A stretch of DNA of 64,000 nt from Bacillota bacterium (GTDB lineage Bacteria > Bacillota > JAAYKD01), in the NCBI GenBank assembly GCA_963666425.2, contig OY762825.2:1-64000 (forward strand), read 5' to 3'. A model generated the notes under the pieces. It worked only from the letters and a program-made list of their open reading frames with translations, did no database searches and was not told where the DNA came from. Every line of letters starts with the position of its first letter. Position 1 is the first letter of the stretch. The position numbers and the translations under genes are program-made. Below, piece after piece: positions 9,445 to 19,273 of this stretch.

Positions 9445-10149
9445 ATGAGCAGGCGACTAAGAATTGTTCTGATTACCTTCCTTGCCCTGATCATTTTAAT
9501 GACCAGTGCATTTTTTCTCTATGTATCCGATTATTACAGAGCGGATACGGCCGCGATTGCCGCGATTCAAAGCGAAGCCGCGCTGCGCGTACAAGATAAC
9601 CTGATCATCCTTTCACCCGATATACCCAGCGACACTGCCATGGTTTTTTATCCGGGTGCCAAGGTGGAATACACTGCTTATCTGCCGATCCTGGAAAAAA
9701 TCAGACAGAACTGTGGCATTACCTGCATTCTGGTCAAGATGCCATTTAATCTGGCTATTTTTGATACGAATGCCGCCGATCAAATCATTGAGCAATTCCC
9801 CGGCATCAAAAGTTGGTATCTGGGGGGTCACTCTATGGGTGGCGCCATGGCCAGTTCCTATGCTTCCAAGCATCAAAATGAGGTAACCGGGTTGATTTTA
9901 CTTGGCGCTTATCTCTATGGTGAGTTCCCAGCGGAAAACGCTCTGACCATTTACGGTACCTTCAATACCAGTATCGCAGAAAAGATCAACTATACCGAAA
10001 ATATCGTTGTCATCGAAGGCGGTAACCATGCTCAGTTCGGTAATTACGGCAAGCAAAAAGGAGACCCCGATGCAACGATTACCAGTGAAGCACAACAGAA
10101 CTTAGCTGTGGCAGCGATTCAGGAATTTTTGACGAAAAGGAGTGAATGA
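9445..10149 (+). CDS. Membrane-anchored alpha/beta hydrolase
   Basis: FYPGAKV, GHSMGG and GGNHAQFG; N-terminal TM; RBS AGGAGG before ATG 9445. Confidence 0.85.
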   Translation: MSRRLRIVLITFLALIILMTSAFFLYVSDYYRADTAAIAAIQSEAALRVQDNLIILSPDIPSDTAMVFYPGAKVEYTAYLPILEKIRQNCGITCILVKMPFNLAIFDTNAADQIIEQFPGIKSWYLGGHSMGGAMASSYASKHQNEVTGLILLGAYLYGEFPAENALTIYGTFNTSIAEKINYTENIVVIEGGNHAQFGNYGKQKGDPDATITSEAQQNLAVAAIQEFLTKRSE

Positions 10150-10152
10150 CGG

Positions 10153-10872
10153 ATGATTTACTATTTCTCGGGGACCGGAAACTCAAAGTGGGTTGCCGAA
10201 CAAATCGCGTTGAAAACAAATGATACTGCGGTCAATATGGTTGAACAGTCGCTCGTTTCATCAGTAGATCAGCAAACCATCGGTCTGGTTTTCCCGATCT
10301 ATGCCTGGGGTGCACCGGAATTAGTCCTGGAATTTGTCAAAAAACTGGTGGGCCAGCCTCTGTTCACCTTTGGAGTCTGCACCTGTGGTTCGGAAGCCGG
10401 CAACGCTATGGAAAAAGTGAGCGCTATTTTCCCTTTGAACAGCATGTATTCGCTGGCGATGCCCAGCAATTACGTGATGGGAGCGGCGGTAGAGAGCAGA
10501 GAAATCATCGTCGCGAAGATAGCCAAAGCCAAAGAAAAACTGAAAACGATTGCTGCTCAAATCGTTGCCCAACAAGCGGTCGTTGATGTGAACAAAGGAA
10601 AATCACCATGGGTTAAATCCACCTTGGCTAATCTTGGTTTCAACAGGTTTTCCCGCAGCACCAAACCTTTTTATGTCACAGAGAAATGTACCTCCTGCGG
10701 CCTCTGCGCCAAAAACTGTCCCGCCAATACCATCAGTATGATTGACGGCAAACCACATTGGGGAGAAAAATGCTACCAATGTACGGCTTGTATCAATCGC
10801 TGTCCGGTCAGTGCGATAGAATACGGCAAAGAAACCTCTACCAGAGGCAGATATGAATTCAGTGAACAATAA
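10153..10872 (+). CDS. EFR1-family flavodoxin-ferredoxin fusion
   Basis: YFSGTGNS N-terminus; two CxxCxxCxxxCP [4Fe-4S] motifs. Confidence 0.9.
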   Translation: MIYYFSGTGNSKWVAEQIALKTNDTAVNMVEQSLVSSVDQQTIGLVFPIYAWGAPELVLEFVKKLVGQPLFTFGVCTCGSEAGNAMEKVSAIFPLNSMYSLAMPSNYVMGAAVESREIIVAKIAKAKEKLKTIAAQIVAQQAVVDVNKGKSPWVKSTLANLGFNRFSRSTKPFYVTEKCTSCGLCAKNCPANTISMIDGKPHWGEKCYQCTACINRCPVSAIEYGKETSTRGRYEFSEQ

Positions 10873-10876
10873 ATCG

Positions 10877-10904
10877 GTGCCAGGGGGACGGGGGTGTTGG
10901 CACA
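10877..10904 (+). repeat. Dispersed repeat, single copy (1 mismatch)
   Basis: GTGCCAGGGGGACGGGGGTGTTGGCACA, 4 nt after the EFR1 stop. Confidence 0.95.
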
Positions 10905-11173
10905 ACCTGTTTTCAACTCTACTGTTTTCTGGCTTTGCTTTTCTCCTTTGATTGCTTGTCTGAAAACAGAAAGAATGAAAAATACCAAAAATGATATAAT
11001 CAACCAAACACAACACCACCTCTTACTATCATTAGCAAGATGGTGGTGTTGTATTGTGAGAGTGAATTGCTTTCATCAAAGCAAAATCCAGTGATCAGCG
11101 ATAAAAAGTAAGCGGAGCATCTGCAGCAAACCAAGCAGAGAAGCAGTTCACCAAAAAGAGTTTTATTTCCCGC

Positions 11174-11202
11174 TTGACTAATACCAAAAATGGTATTATA
11201 AT
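11174..11202 (+). promoter_or_regulatory. SigA promoter with palindromic operator in the spacer
   Basis: TTGACT-17nt-TATAAT; TAATACCA-aaaa-TGGTATTA inverted repeat at 11179-11198. Confidence 0.75.
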
Positions 11203-11229
11203 AATAAATAGTATTAATGGAGGTGCGTA

Positions 11230-11745
11230 ATGAATAAGATAAACGAGATGATGCTAAACCCAGTACGGATGAGAATTATCCAAACGCTGGCAGCAAAACA
11301 AACGATGACTGCAACAGAAATATGTGAAAAAATCAGTGATGTCCCTCGTACTACACTCTATCGTCATATTAAGATGCTGCTGGACAACGAAATTCTATTG
11401 GTTGTATCCGAACAAAAGATCAGAGGAAGTCTTGAAAGAACACTCGCTATTAATAGAGGAGAAATTATCAAGCATAACACGCTTGATAACGCCGCACAAA
11501 ATGCGTTTACTTTTTTAATGAATAAGTATGTACTCTTTCAAGACTATTTCACTGGAGAAAATCCAAATCCTGCCAAGGATAAGTTGTTTTTTAATAATAC
11601 AATCCTGATGACGACGGATGAGGAATTTGATCAATTCCTGGCGGAGTTAAGCAGTCTGCTTCGCAAGTATAGTTTTGAATTTACAGAAGGCAGAAAAGTG
11701 AGAGATATTTCAATTATATCTACCCCGGAGGAGAAGCATAAATGA
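11230..11745 (+). CDS. ArsR-like winged-HTH transcriptional regulator
   Basis: NPVRMRIIQ.L, DVPRTTLYRHI and RGSLER. Confidence 0.85.
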   Translation: MNKINEMMLNPVRMRIIQTLAAKQTMTATEICEKISDVPRTTLYRHIKMLLDNEILLVVSEQKIRGSLERTLAINRGEIIKHNTLDNAAQNAFTFLMNKYVLFQDYFTGENPNPAKDKLFFNNTILMTTDEEFDQFLAELSSLLRKYSFEFTEGRKVRDISIISTPEEKHK

Positions 11746-12755
11746 TGAAATCGAACTACACTACGGATGGTCAGCTGAAACAACAGAGAGGAAAGAAAAT
11801 AATGAAGGTCTTTGGAATAATTCTCGCCGTGATTGCAGTTTGTATGCTGATCGGCGCGATTTTGCACGCAACCTATTTTCAGAGTAAAAGGGATAAGATA
11901 GTGCCATATGGCCAGATGGTTGCAGTTTTTGATGGGCAAATGCATGTCTACAAAATGGGCAGCGGCAAAGATACCATCATCTTACTGCCCGGTTTAGGGA
12001 TTGGGCTCCCGTCTGCGGATTTTGGTCCCTTGATGCGGCGCTTAAGTGAGAAATATACAGTCGTCTGCGTTGAATACTTCGGTGTGGGCTTCAGCAGTCA
12101 AACGCAAAGGGCAAGGTCAAGTGAGAACTATGTGGAGGAAATTCGTACTGTGCTGAAAAATGCCGGCATAGAAGCTCCTTATATTTTCATGCCTCATTCG
12201 ATATCGAGTGTATATAGTGAATATTACGCTTCGAAATATCCCAATGAGGTGAAAGCCATCCTTTCTCTGGATGGAACCTCTACCGCTTATCTTGGAGATA
12301 AAATGCCGGATTTCGTCAAACCATTGCTTGAAGTAGCTAAGTTTCAGCAAGCCATCGGATTGACTTCGGTAGCGGCAGCAATGGTGACCAATAAAACCAG
12401 TTTGATCTCTAGTGGTTATACAGAAAAAGAGATTAACGACTTGATTACCTACGCCGGCTTTTCTGTGAACGATAATACCTTGCAGCAAATTGCAGCCACA
12501 GCCGATTGCATCACAGAGGCAAACGCACTAAGTTATCCGGAAAAGGTGCCATTCTTCAAGGTGATTTCCAAACAGACATATGAAACAAAAAACAGTCAAA
12601 TCAAGATTACACCGCAAGAATATCAGCAGCAGCATCTTGCGCGCCTCGGCAGTCAGGCAGAATATGAGATTCTAGACGGAAGCCATTTTATTTATCTCAA
12701 TAATGTGAACCGGATTGCAGAAATTGCAGAGAGGTTCTTGTCCAGCCAGAAATAA
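11742..12755 (+). CDS. Membrane-anchored alpha/beta hydrolase
   Basis: N-terminal TM, LPGLG, PHSIS nucleophile elbow, GSHFI; start may be 11802. Confidence 0.8.
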   Translation: MMKSNYTTDGQLKQQRGKKIMKVFGIILAVIAVCMLIGAILHATYFQSKRDKIVPYGQMVAVFDGQMHVYKMGSGKDTIILLPGLGIGLPSADFGPLMRRLSEKYTVVCVEYFGVGFSSQTQRARSSENYVEEIRTVLKNAGIEAPYIFMPHSISSVYSEYYASKYPNEVKAILSLDGTSTAYLGDKMPDFVKPLLEVAKFQQAIGLTSVAAAMVTNKTSLISSGYTEKEINDLITYAGFSVNDNTLQQIAATADCITEANALSYPEKVPFFKVISKQTYETKNSQIKITPQEYQQQHLARLGSQAEYEILDGSHFIYLNNVNRIAEIAERFLSSQK

Positions 12756-12831
12756 AGAAATTCACTATCTAGATAATGAACAGTGGCCGTATAAACATTC
12801 ATTCCGTGTTTTATTTGAACGAAACCGCAAT

Positions 12832-12882
12832 AAAGCAAGGCACTTACGCTGCAATTTGCTAAAGAGAGTGCCTTGTTTTTTT
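12832..12882 (+). terminator. Intrinsic terminator
   Basis: AAAGCAAGGCACT...AGTGCCTTGTTTT followed by a T run. Confidence 0.65.
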
Positions 12883-13076
12883 GCTCTAATTCGGGTATAG
12901 TATGTGTGGCAGAAAACCGCTTATCCGGCTTGCGATTTGCAGCCAGCTTCTGGCAGCGTAGTTTTATCGTTTCGTGGCAGACAATCTACTGAGACGAAGC
13001 ACCTGCCTGCGCATAGAGGATTCAATGCGGCCTTTGCTGGAAGCAAAAATACAAGAGAACAGATAGGATGATATAG

Positions 13077-14192
13077 ATGGAGAATTTATCGATAACAACT
13101 TTCCGTGATCTCTTGCTTGTTCTCGCCATTTTGCTGCTTGGCTTTCTTATTCTATTTGTCAAAAGAAACTTCGGCAAAAGACGATGGCTCGGGAGAATAG
13201 TAAAGACGACAGCCGTCTTGGCAATTCTATTTATGCTGTCAGTCATTGTTTTATTCCCTGATTTGGTAGCTGTCAAAAGTACAGGTGAGTATTCCTACGC
13301 CTCCTGCCGATTGGAATTGACAGACGAGTCACGCATGGAAGAATTTAAAAATGATGGCAGTTTCCGCAAATTGTCTTTGCTTGTTTATTATCCTAATGAG
13401 ATCAGTATCCAAAGGAATTCCTGCCCGCTCATTGTCTTTTCTCATGGCGGTATTTCTACGAACACAAGCAATCTATCGTTATTTCAGGAGCTGGCCAGCC
13501 ATGGTTATGTAGTTGTCAGCATTGACCACACCTATCACGCCTTAAGCACAGAAATTGATGCAAAGAAGATCTATATTGATGCAGAATATTTGCATGAAAT
13601 CAATACAGAAGACTCGCACACGGATATAGAAAATTCCTATGCTTGTTTTCAAAAATGGATGAAACTTCGCAGGGATGATATGAATTTTATAATCGATGAT
13701 ATGATTCAAAATTCCGTCAAAGAAAGCAACGCGTTCTATTCTCTGATCGATGCAAAACGGATTGGGACTGCCGGACATTCTCTTGGTGGTTCTGCTGCGC
13801 TTGGTGTTGCCAGACAACGCAGCGACGTGCAGGCAGTAATCGCGTTGGAGTCTCCTTTTTTGTGTGATATCACAGGCGTAAACGGAACTGAATTTCTCTG
13901 GAATCAAGAACCGTATTCCTGTGCGATTATGAATATTTACAGCGACAGTGGATACCCGCTGCTCGCAGCGGATCATAAATATGTTCAAAACAAAAAGTAT
14001 CAATATAATGATGAAAATGTGGAATATTACTATATTGAAGGCAGCAACCACTATTCATTGACCGATTTGGTGAGAAAATCGCCGCTTTTATCTGCTTTGC
14101 TGGGTGGCGGTTATGAAAAATCCGGATATGCCAGCTTAGAATTAATCAATCAAAAGAGCCTTTGCTTCTTTGATAAGTATTTATGCAGATGA
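13077..14192 (+). CDS. PAF-acetylhydrolase-like alpha/beta hydrolase
   Basis: PLIVFSHGG, ELASHGYVVVSIDH, GHSLGG and NHYSLTD; two N-terminal TMs. Confidence 0.85.
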   Translation: MENLSITTFRDLLLVLAILLLGFLILFVKRNFGKRRWLGRIVKTTAVLAILFMLSVIVLFPDLVAVKSTGEYSYASCRLELTDESRMEEFKNDGSFRKLSLLVYYPNEISIQRNSCPLIVFSHGGISTNTSNLSLFQELASHGYVVVSIDHTYHALSTEIDAKKIYIDAEYLHEINTEDSHTDIENSYACFQKWMKLRRDDMNFIIDDMIQNSVKESNAFYSLIDAKRIGTAGHSLGGSAALGVARQRSDVQAVIALESPFLCDITGVNGTEFLWNQEPYSCAIMNIYSDSGYPLLAADHKYVQNKKYQYNDENVEYYYIEGSNHYSLTDLVRKSPLLSALLGGGYEKSGYASLELINQKSLCFFDKYLCR

Positions 14193-14247
14193 TCAAAGTA
14201 AAACTAAACCTTGTTCTTTTGCGAAACAACCGGAGGAGGACGATCAG

Positions 14248-15093
14248 GTGAGACAAAATAAAACACTTAGAAAAATAATCTGGGCTTTCGGTTTACTGTT
14301 TTTTATTTTTCTACTGATAGGCTTCGTTAATTTCATACCTACTTTCCAATTAAAGACACAGGGAATGAACGTCTATTCCGGCAAGTGGATTGATATCTAT
14401 TATGAGCAAGAAAAAGCTGCAGCGCAAGATACATTTTTAATGGCAGATCAACGCGCCGGCGAATTAGCGGATTTATTAGGAATTACAGCAAAGCAAAATA
14501 TCGCCATATTCATTTATGATAACCAATCGACAATGCAGCAAAAAAAGTATGGATTTCTTGCTCCTCTGCTCGGTCTTGATTGGTATATCGGTGACAATAT
14601 TGGCACCAATGTAATCTTAACCTCTCCCGCCAATCCTGGCAAAGTGCATGATTATCAAACCGTTAAGAACGCTGTTTTGCATGAGATCGTTCATGCTTAT
14701 CATTCTGTTTTAAACAAAAACTTATCCTATTGGTTGGATAACGGCCTAGCGGGTTATCTTTCCGATCAGAAACCGGATCATTCACTCTGCAATGATTCGC
14801 TGCCGCCAACATTGGCACAAACGCAGGTAAGCGGCCGATTGGCGCCGCTCACATTCGCGAATTTTGGTGGATATGAATACTCCTATACCTATATCGAATA
14901 TCTTGTAAAAACTTATTCTTGGGCTAAAGTGAAAGAATTCATCAAGAGCGAAGATTACCAACTTGAATTTGGCAGCACGGAGCAGGCCGTCTATCAGGAC
15001 TGGTTAAGCTTTTTAAAAAGCAATTACACCAAGAGCCAAGGGGACGGGGGTATTGGCACATTATTACAACAAAGTAAATTACAAGTGAAATGA
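14248..15093 (+). CDS. Putative zinc metallopeptidase (peptidase MA-like); C-terminus repeat-derived
   Basis: HEIVH (HExxH), WLDNGLA; RBS GGAGGAGG before GTG 14248; tail SQGDGGIGT is encoded by the repeat. Confidence 0.7.
   Translation: MRQNKTLRKIIWAFGLLFFIFLLIGFVNFIPTFQLKTQGMNVYSGKWIDIYYEQEKAAAQDTFLMADQRAGELADLLGITAKQNIAIFIYDNQSTMQQKKYGFLAPLLGLDWYIGDNIGTNVILTSPANPGKVHDYQTVKNAVLHEIVHAYHSVLNKNLSYWLDNGLAGYLSDQKPDHSLCNDSLPPTLAQTQVSGRLAPLTFANFGGYEYSYTYIEYLVKTYSWAKVKEFIKSEDYQLEFGSTEQAVYQDWLSFLKSNYTKSQGDGGIGTLLQQSKLQVK
15036..15060 (+). repeat. Dispersed repeat, single copy inside ORF 3' end (1 mismatch)
   Basis: CCAAGGGGACGGGGGTATTGGCACA. Confidence 0.95.
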
Positions 15094-15157
15094 AGAACAT
15101 GATCTTGCTTCGAGGCTTCCTACGCTGTTTTTCATTTACCTTGAGGAGGAAACGAAA

Positions 15158-15550
15158 ATGGTGTTAAAATCAAGGACAGGAAGATGGATTCTATTTTTGA
15201 TTCTTTTGGCTGCGGTTATCTGCCTGCTTGGATATCTAAGAAATCCGAAGACAACTTTTTCGGGCAGCAAAACAGGCAACGATACCCAGTTTTTAGAGGA
15301 TTTTGATGTCTTGAATACCACCTTGAACAGCAGTATGCACCTAATGGTGGGAGATACCATTCAAACCAGGATCGTGATCGAGAAAGGCCGAGTGGAAGTT
15401 ATTGTCAAGAACGAAAAGGGGAGCATTGCTTATCAAAGCCAAGACATCGAAACCAGTGATTTTAGCTTTACTATTGAAGCAGCCGGTATTTATACTTTTT
15501 CGATTACAGGTGTAAACGCCAAGGGGAGTATCTATTTTACGAAATCATAA
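15158..15550 (+). CDS. Hypothetical exported/membrane-anchored beta-rich protein
   Basis: RBS GAGGAGG; N-terminal TM; 'GIYTFSITG..AKGS' resembles a PPC-like fold. Confidence 0.6.
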   Translation: MVLKSRTGRWILFLILLAAVICLLGYLRNPKTTFSGSKTGNDTQFLEDFDVLNTTLNSSMHLMVGDTIQTRIVIEKGRVEVIVKNEKGSIAYQSQDIETSDFSFTIEAAGIYTFSITGVNAKGSIYFTKS

Positions 15551-15793
15551 TCAGCTGAGAATTCTTATGCTATGAAAGACAAAGCCATGATGGTTGCTGA
15601 TCACGTCATATATGAATCTGATTGAGTGACCGGTCAGGTTTGATCCAAGGTCTGCTAGCTTTAGAATTTCAATACCTGCAGAATCAAACTCCCATTGTTC
15701 AGCCGAGAGCAGCCCTGCATAAAGCAGAATCTGCTGCAGCGATAAGTTAGCTGACGAGATCAAAACGTTGAATGAAAGCTGCGTGAGAATAAG

Positions 15794-16537
15794 ATGAATA
15801 TAGTGGAATACGGCAAAGGAAATAAAGAAGTCATTATTCTGCTGCATGGCGGTGGCTTATCCTGGTGGAATTACAGAGAAGCAGCTGAGCTGCTTCAGAG
15901 TAAATATCATGTAATACTTCCCATCCTAGATGGGCATGCCAATAGTTCGGCGGACTTTACCAGTATTGCGGCAAATGCAGAAGAAATAATCGCATATATC
16001 GACAGGTATTTAACTGGCTCCGTTCTGCTGATGGGCGGTCTTTCTTTGGGCGGCCAGATTTTAGTTGAGGTTCTTAGCCAAAGAAGCAATATTTGTCAGT
16101 ATGCAATTTTAGAAAGTACTTTAGTATTGCCAATGAAATTCACACAGGCTATGATCAGACCGGCATTCGGTATGAGCTACGGTTTAATCAAACAGAATTG
16201 GTTTGCCAGACTGCAATTCAAATCACTGAAAATCAAAGAGGATCTGTTTGACGAATATTACCGAGACACTTGTAAAATCAGCAAAGAAAATATGGTTTCG
16301 TTTTTAGAGGCTAATTCCAGCTATGATCTGAAGGAGAATCTGAAAAATACAGAAGCGAAAGCGGCGATTTTTGTTGGCAGCAAGGAACAAGCAATTATGA
16401 AATCATCTGCTCGGCAGCTGCACGAAGTAATCAAAAATAGTACTTTATCGATTCTGCCCGGCTACAGCCATGGTGAATTCAGCATCAATCATGCAAGTGA
16501 TTATGTCAGTCAGATTGAAAAATTGATCGCCAAATAA
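15794..16537 (+). CDS. Alpha/beta hydrolase
   Basis: LLHGGG, LDGH, GLSLGG and HGEFS. Confidence 0.85.
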   Translation: MNIVEYGKGNKEVIILLHGGGLSWWNYREAAELLQSKYHVILPILDGHANSSADFTSIAANAEEIIAYIDRYLTGSVLLMGGLSLGGQILVEVLSQRSNICQYAILESTLVLPMKFTQAMIRPAFGMSYGLIKQNWFARLQFKSLKIKEDLFDEYYRDTCKISKENMVSFLEANSSYDLKENLKNTEAKAAIFVGSKEQAIMKSSARQLHEVIKNSTLSILPGYSHGEFSINHASDYVSQIEKLIAK

Positions 16538-16649
16538 CTACCTGTTGCCTGATGTTTACTTCTGTTCAGCCTTGAGCTGGTTTTCTTTTAATTTTAAAAA
16601 GAATGATGCGGGTAATTTCAACAGAGAGAGCAAAAATGGGAGAGCAAAA

Positions 16650-17336
16650 ATGATTATTCAAAACAATATCCTCAAATATATCTTAAAAAATACCTATTTT
16701 ATCAATGGTACAGCCTATGCCGGCAAGTCTACCATGGTGAAGCTGTTGGCTGAAAAATATAATGGAATTCTGTGCAAAGAGAACTACCACGATGAATTGA
16801 TGGGTGCTATCGACGCCATAAATCAGCCGAATTTATCTTATTTTCAAACAATGTCAGGTTGGCAGGAATATATCAACCGCTCTCCGGAAGAATATGATGC
16901 CTGGATCATAGGTACGTCCAAGGAAGCCGCAGAGCTGGAAATCATCAAACTAATACAATTATCATTACAAAATAAGAAGATTTTTGTCGATACCAATATC
17001 CCGATTGAGCTTTTGAAGGAAATAGCAGACTATCATCATGTGGCATTTATGCTTGCACCACAGATTATGTCGGTGGAAAAATTCTTTGACAGAGAGGATC
17101 CTGAAAAGCAATTCTTGTATCGGAAGATTCAGGAAAGTGCAAACCCAGCGAAAACATTGGTGAATTTCAAGGCTTGTCTGGCGAAATTGAATAGCCAGGA
17201 GCATTATGATGAGTTTGCCCAAAGCGGCTATTTTACCTATGTACGGACAGAACAAAGCACGATTGCGCAGGCCCTTTCGGTGATTGAACAGCATTTCGGT
17301 CTGAGCCAGGGGGACGGGGGTGTTGGCACAATCTGA
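16650..17336 (+). CDS. P-loop nucleotide kinase-like protein; C-terminus repeat-derived
   Basis: GTAYAGKS Walker A; likely start ATG 16650; ends SQGDGGVGTI* within or just after the repeat. Confidence 0.7.
   Translation: MIIQNNILKYILKNTYFINGTAYAGKSTMVKLLAEKYNGILCKENYHDELMGAIDAINQPNLSYFQTMSGWQEYINRSPEEYDAWIIGTSKEAAELEIIKLIQLSLQNKKIFVDTNIPIELLKEIADYHHVAFMLAPQIMSVEKFFDREDPEKQFLYRKIQESANPAKTLVNFKACLAKLNSQEHYDEFAQSGYFTYVRTEQSTIAQALSVIEQHFGLSQGDGGVGTI
17306..17330 (+). repeat. Dispersed repeat, single copy inside ORF 3' end (1 mismatch)
   Basis: CCAGGGGGACGGGGGTGTTGGCACA. Confidence 0.95.
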
Positions 17337-17431
17337 TTGGCAAGGTATCCGACGATTGCGGGGGAAAGCAAAAACCACAATTAAGATAGATAAAATAGAC
17401 CAATATAGGGGATAACTGGAGGAGAAGACCG

Positions 17432-18445
17432 GTGCCGCTGGAAATAATCCGTAACGATATCACGAAAGTATCTGTGGATGCAATCGTCAATGCAGCCAAT
17501 TCATCTTTGCTTGGCGGTGGAGGGGTTGATGGAGCTATCCATCGTGCCGCCGGACCAGGATTGCTGGCAGAGTGTCAGCTGCTCGGCGGTTGTGAAGTAG
17601 GGAAAGCGAAAATTACCAAGGGGTATCAGCTGCCGGCGAAATATATCATTCATACGGTCGGACCGATTTGGCAGGGGGGCAACAACCACGAAGAACAGTT
17701 GCTGGCCGATTGTTACAGAAATTCTCTTGCTCTGGCAAAAGAGCATCAGCTCAAGAGTATTGCTTTTCCGCTGATCTCTTCCGGTGCTTTTGGCTATCCC
17801 AAGGAGAAAGCACTGCAGACGGCAACTTCCGTAATCGGAGAATTTCTTTTAACCGATGAAATGATGATTTTTCTTGTCGTGTTCGATCAGGCGTCATTCA
17901 TACTATCTGCGAAGCTGTTCGCCTCGATCACGCAGTATATCGATCAAAATTATGTCGCAGAGCGTGCTTTACGGCGCCGTCTGCGGCCTACAGAAGAGAG
18001 TTGCCTGCATGAATATGATTTGGATGATACTAGACAATTCTATGCGCCGGCACAATCACCGCTAAAAGATCGTAAAAGAAGCCTCGATGATCTCGTAGAG
18101 CATATCGATGAGACTTTTTCCCAAATGCTTTTACGCCTGATTTTAGAAAAAGAGATGACAGAGGCGGAGACATACAAAAAGGCGAACATAGACCGTAAAC
18201 ATTTCTTAAAAATCCGCAGTGATGCGAACTACAAACCGAGCAAACCAACTGCGATTGCCTTTGCCATTGCCTTACGGCTGAATCTGGATGAGACCAAAGA
18301 TCTTTTACTGAAAGCGGGGTTCGCTCTTTCCCCCAGCAGCAAATTTGATGTGATCATTCAGTATTTTCTTGAGGAAGGCAATTACAACATTTTTGAGATC
18401 AACGAAGCCTTGTTTGCTTTCCATCAAATTCTGCTGGGCGTGTAA
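17432..18445 (+). CDS. Macrodomain (O-acetyl-ADP-ribose deacetylase-like) fused to a putative HTH domain
   Basis: [29 protein letters not shown] and [12 protein letters not shown]; C-terminal '[14 protein letters not shown]....PSKPT' resembles an XRE-like helical domain. Confidence 0.85.
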   Translation: MPLEIIRNDITKVSVDAIVNAANSSLLGGGGVDGAIHRAAGPGLLAECQLLGGCEVGKAKITKGYQLPAKYIIHTVGPIWQGGNNHEEQLLADCYRNSLALAKEHQLKSIAFPLISSGAFGYPKEKALQTATSVIGEFLLTDEMMIFLVVFDQASFILSAKLFASITQYIDQNYVAERALRRRLRPTEESCLHEYDLDDTRQFYAPAQSPLKDRKRSLDDLVEHIDETFSQMLLRLILEKEMTEAETYKKANIDRKHFLKIRSDANYKPSKPTAIAFAIALRLNLDETKDLLLKAGFALSPSSKFDVIIQYFLEEGNYNIFEINEALFAFHQILLGV

Positions 18446-18469
18446 TTGGGTTGGTAAATCGATGCAAAT

Positions 18470-18486
18470 GTCGCTTGTTATGCGAC
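18470..18486. promoter_or_regulatory. Palindromic putative operator GTCGC-N7-GCGAC
   Basis: Located between the macro-HTH stop and the vWA start. Confidence 0.5.
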
Positions 18487-18545
18487 CATACCGGAACAAC
18501 AAAATGTTATTCTAAAGCCAGACGAATGGATAGGAGGATAACAGG

Positions 18546-19202
18546 ATGAAAAAAGGTTTGACGGAACTGGTTTTTATTCTCGACAGAAGCGGTTCGATGA
18601 GCGGTCTCGAAGGGGACACGATTGGCGGCTATAATGCCATGCTGGCAAAGCAGAAAAAAGAACCGGGAGAGGCTGTTATCACAACGGTCTTATTTGATGA
18701 CAAGTATGAACTGCTGCATGATCGCATTAATCTGCGCGGTATCGCGCCGATCACCGACAAAATGTATTATGTCAGAGGCAGTACTGCCTTGCTGGATGCA
18801 GTTGGATTAACGATTCAGAAAATAAGCAAGGCGCAGAAACAAACGCTCCCGGATGAACGTGCCGAACGCGTGATGTTTGTGATTACAACCGATGGTATGG
18901 AAAATGCCAGCCGGGAATTCAGTTATGAAAAAGTGCATCAAATGATCGAAGATCAGAAAAACCAAGCAGGCTGGGAGTTTATCTTTTTGGGAGCGAACAT
19001 GGATGCAGCAGCAACCGCTAAGCGTTTTGGTATTGAAGAGAATAGAGCGACAAGTTATATGGCAGACAGTGAAGGCACTCTCTTGAATTTCGAAGTGATC
19101 AGCGACACCGTGAGTGAGCTGCGTTGTACACAAGCCATACCAAAAAATTGGAAAAAACGTGTTGATGAGGATTTCAAAAAACGCGGTGAAAAGAAAAATT
19201 AA
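18546..19202 (+). CDS. von Willebrand factor A (vWA) domain protein
   Basis: MIDAS DRSGSM, TALLDA and ITTDG.EN. Confidence 0.9.
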   Translation: MKKGLTELVFILDRSGSMSGLEGDTIGGYNAMLAKQKKEPGEAVITTVLFDDKYELLHDRINLRGIAPITDKMYYVRGSTALLDAVGLTIQKISKAQKQTLPDERAERVMFVITTDGMENASREFSYEKVHQMIEDQKNQAGWEFIFLGANMDAAATAKRFGIEENRATSYMADSEGTLLNFEVISDTVSELRCTQAIPKNWKKRVDEDFKKRGEKKN

Positions 19203-19231
19203 TTTGGTGTTGAAAACAGCGGCAGCGCAAG

Positions 19232-19273
19232 CAAGGTGCCTTACGATCCAGTTTCGTAGGGCACCTTGTTTTT
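19232..19273 (+). terminator. Intrinsic terminator
   Basis: CAAGGTGCCTTACGA / TCGTAGGGCACCTTG followed by TTTTT. Confidence 0.8.

Noticed and set aside
15551-15847. 98-aa minus-strand ORF
   Set aside because: No recognisable motif and it overlaps the start of the 15794 hydrolase.
16626-16652. 13-bp direct repeat GAGAGCAAAAATG at the P-loop gene start
   Set aside because: Real but short; a simple slippage duplication with no further support.
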